Part shown: in pieces, positions 15,861 to 22,869 of the stretch
How positions within the stretch are numbered: the stretch's first letter is position 1
How the letters are laid out: the number at the start of each line of letters is the position of its first letter
From: Hadesarchaea archaeon
GTDB lineage: Archaea > Hadarchaeota > Hadarchaeia > Hadarchaeales > WYZ-LMO6
Reading direction: 5' to 3'
Assembly: GCA_029259185.1 (NCBI GenBank)
Contig: JAPDJF010000044.1
Location: 1-27,024 of the forward strand
DNA: 27,024 bases
Program-made: the position numbers and the translations under genes
Notes under the pieces: model-generated
Told to the model about the DNA's origin: nothing
The model's input: only the letters and a program-made list of their open reading frames with translations
Database searches by the model: none

Positions 15861-16571
15861 TCAGCTCACCAGTATCTCCTTGATTCTCTTCACGAGTTCG
15901 ACCGAGAGTTCTCCGTTCCTATCCCTTGAGATACACACAGCCCCCCGCACCCCCACTATATCGGGACCCAGAGATTTGATGGTTCGGATTTCATCAGGTC
16001 CTAATGAGCCTGAGAGCGCTATCTCGATCCCCAGAGAGTGCGCTTTTTCGACGATTTCCTTTAGCTCACTTTTCGATAAGAAATCTGTCAAGGGTTTTCC
16101 ATCCTTTATTCCCGTGTCAATCATCACTATCTCAGCATTTGCGATTTTTGCTACTTCGGGTAGGAGAAAAGGTTCAATGGTGTTTGTTCTTTCGAAGTCT
16201 CCATAGCCACATACCACAACTTTCACCTTCTTCGAAGAAAGCTTGGCAGCCCTCACAACTTGTTTCATCAAGTGAGCGGCATCTTCCAGTCTCCTCGGTC
16301 CTTTTAACCCTACTTTCACGATATCGGCACCAGCCTCGATGGCCCCGAGGGTTGCCAGTGATGCACTTCCGGGTAAGTCGGGGAAATCACCTATCGCGGC
16401 ACTGATCGGAACATAGGCGGGGATCGACTTTTTCGTTTCCGAGATGATCCACGGAAAGCTGGCACCTAGAGAGCCCTCCTTTGGGTTCTTGATATCGATG
16501 ATATCCGCCCCTCCTCTAAACGCTTTTATCGCCTCGTGAGCACTGGTTGAGCTGATCAGGAGTAGGGTCAA
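15861..16571 (-). CDS. mfnB: (5-formylfuran-3-yl)methyl phosphate synthase
   Basis: LLIS....EA..A..GGADIIDIKNPKEGSLGA.FPW, SAAIGD, KVGL, MIDTGIKDG, ALSGSL, DIVGVRGAVC. Confidence 0.95.
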   Translation of the reverse strand: MTLLLISSTSAHEAIKAFRGGADIIDIKNPKEGSLGASFPWIISETKKSIPAYVPISAAIGDFPDLPGSASLATLGAIEAGADIVKVGLKGPRRLEDAAHLMKQVVRAAKLSSKKVKVVVCGYGDFERTNTIEPFLLPEVAKIANAEIVMIDTGIKDGKPLTDFLSKSELKEIVEKAHSLGIEIALSGSLGPDEIRTIKSLGPDIVGVRGAVCISRDRNGELSVELVKRIKEILVS

Positions 16572-16702
16572 GCTCTCACTTCACAGTCTCAAGAAATGTA
16601 AGTCCATGAGTATTATTTAATCCCGTTGGTAGTTTCCTCCTATGGATTTCATCATTCACGATAAAGCGGAGCCTTTATTCCCCACCCCTTGGAGAGATTT
16701 AG

Positions 16703-17707
16703 ATGCTCATAGATATCACTCTCCCACCCCTCCCTTGGGATGAGATTCCGGAGCATGCCAGAAAAGCGGAAGAAATAGGATTTGACTGCATATGGATGGG
16801 GGAGACCAGTCGTGATCCTTTCATTCCTTTGGCGTTAGCAGCGGAGCATACCAAAAGGATAAAAATCGGGACTTCTGTTTGTGTGGCTTTTCCGAGGAGC
16901 CCAATGACTGTGGCTTATACAGCTTGGGATCTCCAAACCCTCTCTCATGGGCGTTTCGTGTTAGGACTTGGTACCCAGGTGAGGGGGCACATGGAAAGAC
17001 GTTTCAGCGTGAGGTGGGATCCACCTGGATCAAAAATGCGAGAATACGTTTCAGCTCTGCGGACTATATGGGATTGCTGGCAGAATGGAAGACCTTTAAA
17101 CTTCCGTGGAGGGTTCTATAATTTCAGTTTGATGACACCGTTTTTCGATCCTGGTCCCATAAAGTATCCCCATATTCCAATACACTTAGCTGGAGTTAAT
17201 CCATACATGTGTCGACTCGCCGGGGAAGTGTGTGATGGTCTTCACATCCATCCTTTCCATTCCCCCAAATATGTGAAAGAGGTCGTGTTGCCGAATATCG
17301 AGAAGGGTTTGAGAGAATCCGGAAGAAAACGCAAAGATGTCCAGCTGGTCGCTGGAGTCTTCATAGTTACGGGAGGGAGTGAAGAAGAAATAAGGCAAAC
17401 GGAGGAGTACATACGATTTCAGATAGCCTTCTACGCTTCCACCAAAACGTACAAAAAAGTCATGGAGCTTCATGGTTGGGGGGAAATCTCGGAGAGGTTG
17501 TATAGAAAATCTTTGAAGGGAGATTGGGCCTCGATGGCTGGGGAAATTACAGATGACATCTTTGAAACCTTTGCGGTCAAGGGGAAGCCACACGAAGTGA
17601 TCGAGGAAGTAAAAAATAGACACCGCGGGTTAGCGGACAGGCTGATATTGTATCCAATACCGGCTCTGGCTCACCTAGAAACCTCCATGTGGGGGGAGGT
17701 GATTTGA
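16703..17707 (+). CDS. LLM-class, probably F420-dependent oxidoreductase (TIGR03617/MSMEG_2256-like)
   Basis: ET.RDPF.PL.LAAEHT, VAFPRSPM..A..AWDLQ..S.GRF.LGLGTQVRGH.ERRFS, LMTPFF.PGP, H.HPFHS, QIAFYAST..Y. Confidence 0.9.
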   Translation: MLIDITLPPLPWDEIPEHARKAEEIGFDCIWMGETSRDPFIPLALAAEHTKRIKIGTSVCVAFPRSPMTVAYTAWDLQTLSHGRFVLGLGTQVRGHMERRFSVRWDPPGSKMREYVSALRTIWDCWQNGRPLNFRGGFYNFSLMTPFFDPGPIKYPHIPIHLAGVNPYMCRLAGEVCDGLHIHPFHSPKYVKEVVLPNIEKGLRESGRKRKDVQLVAGVFIVTGGSEEEIRQTEEYIRFQIAFYASTKTYKKVMELHGWGEISERLYRKSLKGDWASMAGEITDDIFETFAVKGKPHEVIEEVKNRHRGLADRLILYPIPALAHLETSMWGEVI

Positions 17708-18171
17708 GTTTTGACCGCCCGTCTAGTGTTCAAACGTTTCTCCATCTCCACCCATCCCCCTACCTTCTTTTTCTTTTTGAATCCAAACTTTTTGAACAGA
17801 CTCATAGACGGACGGTTCGATTCCAAGATTCTAACTCTTACCACGCTACGGTTATCGGATCTGAGTCTCTTCAATTCTTCCCCGAGCAGTTTCTCACCCA
17901 CCCCTTTCTCCCTGTATACGGGATGGACAGCGATTTGATAGATCCACACATCACCCTCCAAACTGGGGAATCCTACTATGAACCCTATCACTTTGTCATC
18001 GTGAAGAGCTAGGAGGAAATATCTTTTGAAGCCGAGCACCATGTATTCATAAGTCCCTTTTACGGATGCTCTGAGGGGCTGACATATCTTAGCCAATCTC
18101 TCCACAGCTTCGGCATCACTCTCTCTAGCCTCCCTTAGCTGGTATTCGGTAGTTTTTCCGATCCTGCTCAC
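17671..18171 (-). CDS. GNAT N-acetyltransferase, EctA-like N-terminus
   Basis: QIAVHPVYREKGVG acetyl-CoA motif and N..S..LFKKFGF. The GTG start overlaps the comDE stop (GTGA). Confidence 0.88.
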   Translation of the reverse strand: MSRIGKTTEYQLREARESDAEAVERLAKICQPLRASVKGTYEYMVLGFKRYFLLALHDDKVIGFIVGFPSLEGDVWIYQIAVHPVYREKGVGEKLLGEELKRLRSDNRSVVRVRILESNRPSMSLFKKFGFKKKKKVGGWVEMEKRLNTRRAVKTQITSPHMEVSR

Positions 18172-19298
18172 GAGATCGCCTTCATGAATCTCTTTTTTAT
18201 CTCCACGGGTGTTAGCGGGATGTTTTTCACTCTCGCGTTTCCCGGCTTTATCAAGACGTGGATAAATTTCGGTCCGTCCTTCTCGTGTATCCTTTCCATA
18301 ACGGATTCTAACTCTCTTTTCGTTTGTGCGTGGTAGGTTAGCTTTATGTTCGCACTAATGGCTACTAGTTCCATGTCGATATCAGAGTATGCACACGTGG
18401 GTTGGTCTCCCGTGCTTCCGAAGGTTCCGTTGTCCAGACAAATTACAGAAAGATTTTCAGGTTTCTCGATTCCGATTATAGGGAGCACATTCGATCCAAG
18501 CAAACTGCCATCACCGTCCAAGACTATCACATCCCTCTTCACTTTTAAAGAAATTCCGAGGCCTATCGAGGAAGCTTGGGTGTAGCTACCGAGCATATAG
18601 AAATTGAGATCCCTGTCCCGGAGGTGATATAGTTCCTTGCTTGGTACTCCTATGTTTGAGATTACGATCTCTTCGTCCAAGTGCTTCACTATGGTTTTTA
18701 TGGCCTCGTATCGCGTCATCTCCGGCTCGCGCGTGCTTTTTCGGTATTGAAGATTAACCTCCATCTTTCTGGGAGGAAAGGTTTGGTTCACTTCATTCGT
18801 GTCCTCTTTCTCCCAGACCTTCGGAGAGATTAAAACAATGAATGGGGTATTCTCTTCGTAGGCCCTTTCGATAGCTTCTTCGAGCAGGTCTATCTGGGAT
18901 CTTTCCAGTACCGTTAGGTACGGGATCTTCCAAGCCTCAAGAGCTCTAGGGAGATCCTTATTGAATGGTATCTGGGCAGGTATTTTTTCCTCGTAGATCC
19001 CTCTCCAACTCGCGATCACGGGAATCGGAAGCTCGTACGCAACTGACAGGGAGAGCAGAGCATTAAAGCAGTTGCCGAGCCCTGAACTCTGGATGACTAG
19101 AGCTGGTTTTCCTCCCCCCAAATATGCACCCGCACATATTCCTACTCCGTCCTCCTCCTTGTTAAGAGAAATGATGTGGAAAGATGAATCCGCACCGAGG
19201 AGGGAGATGAGGGTTTTGATTCGCTCACACGGTAGGATCGGAATGATGTCGATCTCGTGCTTCTTCATTATGTCCACGACTCTATTCCCTACGGACAT
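18168..19298 (-). CDS. comDE: Sulfopyruvate decarboxylase, fused alpha/beta subunits
   Basis: Alpha part: LPC, EEDGVGICAGAYLGG, IQSSGLGN..NAL.SL, SWRG.Y.EKIPAQ. Beta part: MTRYEAI, NIGVPSKELY, NFYMLGS, TPP motif DGDGS...DNG..GSTGDQ. Confidence 0.95.
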   Translation of the reverse strand: MSVGNRVVDIMKKHEIDIIPILPCERIKTLISLLGADSSFHIISLNKEEDGVGICAGAYLGGGKPALVIQSSGLGNCFNALLSLSVAYELPIPVIASWRGIYEEKIPAQIPFNKDLPRALEAWKIPYLTVLERSQIDLLEEAIERAYEENTPFIVLISPKVWEKEDTNEVNQTFPPRKMEVNLQYRKSTREPEMTRYEAIKTIVKHLDEEIVISNIGVPSKELYHLRDRDLNFYMLGSYTQASSIGLGISLKVKRDVIVLDGDGSLLGSNVLPIIGIEKPENLSVICLDNGTFGSTGDQPTCAYSDIDMELVAISANIKLTYHAQTKRELESVMERIHEKDGPKFIHVLIKPGNARVKNIPLTPVEIKKRFMKAIS

Positions 19299-20559
19299 CT
19301 CTCCACCATTCCCTTAGACTAGACTCAATTTCTTCTATTGGAGTATCCCATCTCATCCTCAAATCAGGTTCGATTTCAATTATCGCCAAATCCTCTTTCA
19401 CCCTGTCATATCCTCCCCCACTGATGTTCAGTAATACCTTCTCATCCTTCCCCACTTTTCCCATTTCGACAGCTTGCAGGAGGGACGCAACGCACACCGA
19501 AGCAGCGGGATCGAGGTCTATCCCTTCTACCCCCTCAAATAATTTTTCGGCGTTTACAGCTTCCTCATTCGTTATCCCGTACATCTCCCCTCCCGTCTCA
19601 TGCAAGACATCGTAAACACCTCCCCTTAGGGAATAGGGGGGGTTCCGGTTGGACAGGACGCTCGCGTACATATTCTCTATTGCGTCACCAGCGTTCGGTA
19701 GGTCCACGTCAGGAACTATCTCCTTTCTCCCGGCCCTCCAGGCCCGAAACATGGGTGCGAAGGGAATGTTTTGGGAGAGGTGGAGCCTCGGCAATTTCTT
19801 CCCGAATCTCCCGTCGTTGAGCACCCTTTTCGAGGCTTCAAACACCGCTATCGCTCCCACCCCACTCCCCACTGCTTGGAAGTAGTGGTCGGGCAACCTC
19901 CCAATCGTTAAGATAGAGTCTAATAACAGGGTTCCCATTCCATCTCTCCTGGCCACATTCCGCACGCCTCCTTCGAAAACCATTCCTTCTAAGCTAGCGA
20001 TTCTCTCCCCGAGCTTGATGGTGTCCGTGTAGTCACCTTCAACTGATATCAGCAAGCATGTGGGGGTTGGTTCCACCACACTCCACATCCGGAAGACGTA
20101 TTGTTTGGGTACGAGAACCACCACCGGAGAACCCGTTAGATAAGAAATATGCGCGAAAGCCCTCCCTGTGTTACCGGCTGACGGTATCACCGGAATCTTT
20201 TTGCTTCTTTCCGTCAGCCTCGGAAATGTCGCAGCAGCCTCCAGTTCCTTGAATGAACAAGTTCTGATCCGTGCTTCTCTCTCCGGCCAGTAACCGCTGA
20301 AGCTTATGTAGAGTTCAGGGAGCCCTAGTTCTTTTCCAAAACCTTCACTCTTGTAGGTAATGGGAGCGGTATCTATGTCGATGGGATTTTCGGCTGGCAA
20401 CCAATCGATGAACTTCCACATTCCCGGCAGGTTTTTCACACAGAACTTCTTCGTTTCGTATTCACTGACCAAGAGGGAATCATGGTGGGGACATCGGTTG
20501 GTGAACTCATCTTTGATTCTTCTACCACACTCTAAACATCTCAGGACGTACTTCCCCAT
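19282..20559 (-). CDS. Cysteate synthase (PLP, threonine-synthase-like)
   Basis: FSGYWPE, TCSFKELEA (PLP Lys), SAGNTGRAF, EGG.RNVARRDGMGT, YFQAVGSG.G, VLSNRNPPY; adjacent to comDE. Confidence 0.93.
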   Translation of the reverse strand: MGKYVLRCLECGRRIKDEFTNRCPHHDSLLVSEYETKKFCVKNLPGMWKFIDWLPAENPIDIDTAPITYKSEGFGKELGLPELYISFSGYWPEREARIRTCSFKELEAAATFPRLTERSKKIPVIPSAGNTGRAFAHISYLTGSPVVVLVPKQYVFRMWSVVEPTPTCLLISVEGDYTDTIKLGERIASLEGMVFEGGVRNVARRDGMGTLLLDSILTIGRLPDHYFQAVGSGVGAIAVFEASKRVLNDGRFGKKLPRLHLSQNIPFAPMFRAWRAGRKEIVPDVDLPNAGDAIENMYASVLSNRNPPYSLRGGVYDVLHETGGEMYGITNEEAVNAEKLFEGVEGIDLDPAASVCVASLLQAVEMGKVGKDEKVLLNISGGGYDRVKEDLAIIEIEPDLRMRWDTPIEEIESSLREWWRDVRRE

Positions 20560-20564
20560 GTGGA

Positions 20565-21818
20565 TTACTCCAAACGGGCCACGGGGTTTGCCAGTAGGAA
20601 CTTCCTCCTTATGATCATCCTTTTTAGCATGGAGGCCAACTCCTCCGCTCTCTCCCTGTTTGATTGTCTCAATGTTATGGGAATTTCCTTTCCCCCGATC
20701 TCTATTCTACCCAAGTTCCCTTCGAATGCACCGTTTGGACACAGGCGCACACAGGCTCCACAGTTAAAACACTTACTTTCATCAATACCTTCCCCTTTCC
20801 TGAAAGCCTTGGTCGGACAGTATTTCTGGACCTCACACACTTCATGTTCCTGACATTTGCGGGGATTGAATCTTATCTTCAGATCCGTGTTCTTCCAAAC
20901 TTTTCCGTAGTCGCTCTCTGTGAAGGGGACCCTATCGTGGATATCAGCTATGGGTAGGCCCACCTCCTCGTCTGTCTTCTCCAAATTCGAGAATATTTTT
21001 TCATCCAAGACGGGGATCGGGATAGCTATCGAAGTCACACATTCAGGGCCGCTGGACGTTACGAACCCACCCATGAGTTCAGGACTCATCCCATGCATGT
21101 CAGCAACCACTGACAGATTCGGTCTCTGGACAGAACTCCTAGTTCCCTTGCTCAGCACATATCCAACTGCTCCGTTAACGAGTACCTTGGTTCCAACTCC
21201 GATCGTCTGGAGGTGGGGATCATTTTCAAGAGGATTTATCTCTCCGCACCCGCTTACAGATATCTCCTCATATGGCCCTCTTAGTCCCATCACGGAGAAG
21301 ATACTCTTTACTTTACCCTTTTTCGTGTTGAGGAATCCCATATAATTCCTGAATGAGCTCCTAGTCGTGAGAAGTTTTGCGAATCCCAGTTCACTGATCG
21401 TCACTTTCTTTCGAAATACCTTGCCGTCAGCCTTCACCTTGACTTCCACCCTCTTACCTTCGACGAGTTCCCTGAACAAGTGTCCGCCTCCGTACTCTTG
21501 AGGTTTCGATTCCGAGCGAGCAGTCCCGTACACTATCACATCTACGATTCCGAGCCTCTCGTTTGGACATGGACCCGGAAACGCGGGCACATCGTTGATC
21601 CACACCTCATCAGCCCTTTCGAATTTCCCCCCCCTCGTTATGGGTATGGAAAGGATAGCGGCGGTTCCAGACATCAATCCGCATGTAGCGGTGGTCACCA
21701 CATCCACATCTTCGGCGCGAGTTTTTTTCTTCCTGACCCTCTCTTTGAATTCTCTTGCGGTTAGAACTACGGCTTTGCCGCTCTCTATCTTCTCATTTAT
21801 GTCTTCTATTGTTTTCAA
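20565..21818 (-). CDS. Methanogenesis marker 16 metalloprotein (DUF39/HcyBio domain + ferredoxin); candidate coenzyme M synthase ComF
   Basis: KTIEDINEKI..GKAVVLTA.E, DVVTTAT.G.MSGT, GPCPNERLG..D, YGGGHLF, SGCGEINPLEND, GGF.TS.GPEC, C-terminal CFNCGACVRLCP. The probable start is TTG 21818 after GGAGG. Confidence 0.88.
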   Translation of the reverse strand: MKTIEDINEKIESGKAVVLTAREFKERVRKKKTRAEDVDVVTTATCGLMSGTAAILSIPITRGGKFERADEVWINDVPAFPGPCPNERLGIVDVIVYGTARSESKPQEYGGGHLFRELVEGKRVEVKVKADGKVFRKKVTISELGFAKLLTTRSSFRNYMGFLNTKKGKVKSIFSVMGLRGPYEEISVSGCGEINPLENDPHLQTIGVGTKVLVNGAVGYVLSKGTRSSVQRPNLSVVADMHGMSPELMGGFVTSSGPECVTSIAIPIPVLDEKIFSNLEKTDEEVGLPIADIHDRVPFTESDYGKVWKNTDLKIRFNPRKCQEHEVCEVQKYCPTKAFRKGEGIDESKCFNCGACVRLCPNGAFEGNLGRIEIGGKEIPITLRQSNRERAEELASMLKRMIIRRKFLLANPVARLE

Positions 21819-22050
21819 CTTCCCTCCCCCAACTGATTTTCTCCCACGATCTCTCGTGTAGATAGTAACAGATAATCTTCGTAGAAGCATCGAGTCCACC
21901 TATGGCTCCGGAGAGAGGAACATCGTGGGTTAAAGTTAGTGCGATAATGAATGTTATCAGAGTGGCTATCGACCGCCAAGATAAAGTCTTAGCTACAGAT
22001 CTGCGTTTGGAGTCTATGCTCTTCACGGAGAGTCTTCTAGGATTGGACAT
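21793..22050 (-). CDS. DUF2061-family small membrane protein
   Basis: RRSVAKTLSWR..ATL.T and K...YYLHER.W..I.WG signatures. Confidence 0.88.
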   Translation of the reverse strand: MSNPRRLSVKSIDSKRRSVAKTLSWRSIATLITFIIALTLTHDVPLSGAIGGLDASTKIICYYLHERSWEKISWGREVENNRRHK

Positions 22051-22054
22051 CGAC

Positions 22055-22798
22055 TCACTTCAAATTTCGGGTGTGGATCCCGCATTCCCCCCCACATTTA
22101 CTCGTTCCGAACCACCTTCCTTCTCTTTCTTGTTGCCAATCGTAAATAGGAACTGTACACGGCTCGCAACCCAGTGACCTGATCCGTTTGCCCCCGGGGA
22201 AGATTTTAGTATACCAAGGGTGCAGCTCAATGCCGTTGCGCTTCAAATACCTCAACACATCCTGCTCGGTCCAGTTTAGTATCGGATTAACTTTTACCAA
22301 ACCCCTGAATTCTATCTCTTTCACTCCCGTTCTCGTCCTCCCCTCGGTGTTTCTTAGTCCACATATCCATGCATCAAGATTTTTGACGGCTTCTCTTGCT
22401 GGGTTCACTTTCAGTAGCTCACAACACTTGTCTGGGTCTACCTCGTAGATCTTCTTTCCATATTTTCTCTCGACTTCTGATTGAGCGGCTTCGAACTCAT
22501 CGGTGGGTAGCAACACAGTTTTCACCCCATGTTCCTTCAGCACAGGAGGAACCTCTTTGGCCACGATGTACACGGTGGTGTTCAATCCCATTTTTTCGTT
22601 CATTTTCACAAGATATTCAAAAGTTTCACGTGGTTTGAATGGGGTCATTATGGAGAAAACTGGTATGTCTGGGTCAACCTCTCGAGCTAGATGGACGGTT
22701 GCCATGCTGTCTTTCCCGAAAGAGCAGGCTACAGCTATCCTTGGATATCTCTCTACAGCAGTTTTTATCAACTCTTTTGAGAGTTCTTCTTTGTCCAT
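22055..22798 (-). CDS. cysH: APS/PAPS reductase (CysH), [4Fe-4S] APS-reductase type
   Basis: SFGKDS PP-loop, CC...K, WI.GLR, KVNPI..WT, SLGCEPCT, REGRW, C-terminal ECGIH. Confidence 0.92.
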   Translation of the reverse strand: MDKEELSKELIKTAVERYPRIAVACSFGKDSMATVHLAREVDPDIPVFSIMTPFKPRETFEYLVKMNEKMGLNTTVYIVAKEVPPVLKEHGVKTVLLPTDEFEAAQSEVERKYGKKIYEVDPDKCCELLKVNPAREAVKNLDAWICGLRNTEGRTRTGVKEIEFRGLVKVNPILNWTEQDVLRYLKRNGIELHPWYTKIFPGGKRIRSLGCEPCTVPIYDWQQEREGRWFGTSKCGGECGIHTRNLK

Positions 22799-22801
22799 TT
22801 C

Positions 22802-22862
22802 ATTCTATTATTTTGGGGAAAATAGAATAAAAAATTTTAGCTAGTTTTCACAATAGTGAAAA
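22802..22862 (-). promoter_or_regulatory. AT-rich promoter of the cysH-comDE operon with two perfect inverted repeats
   Basis: ATTCTATT-N11-AATAGAAT (22802-22828) and TTTTCAC-AATA-GTGAAAA (22845-22862) flank a minus-strand TTTTTATT TATA-like element about 30 nt upstream of the cysH ATG. Confidence 0.5.
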
Positions 22863-22869
22863 TTTTGAT

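Noticed and set aside
16703-17707. Methylene-H4MPT reductase (mer)
   Set aside because: The motifs (AFPRSP, LGTQV, HPF, FYAST) belong to a different LLM subfamily.
18168-19298. Phosphonopyruvate decarboxylase or phosphonate pathway
   Set aside because: No PEP mutase is nearby, the adjacent gene is cysteate synthase, and the motifs fit ComD/ComE.
20565-21899. Calling this gene the homocysteine-forming aspartate-semialdehyde sulfurtransferase, and using the 21899 start
   Set aside because: It lacks CBS domains, has a fused ferredoxin and sits with cysteate synthase/comDE. The extension overlaps DUF2061, and TTG 21818 has an RBS.
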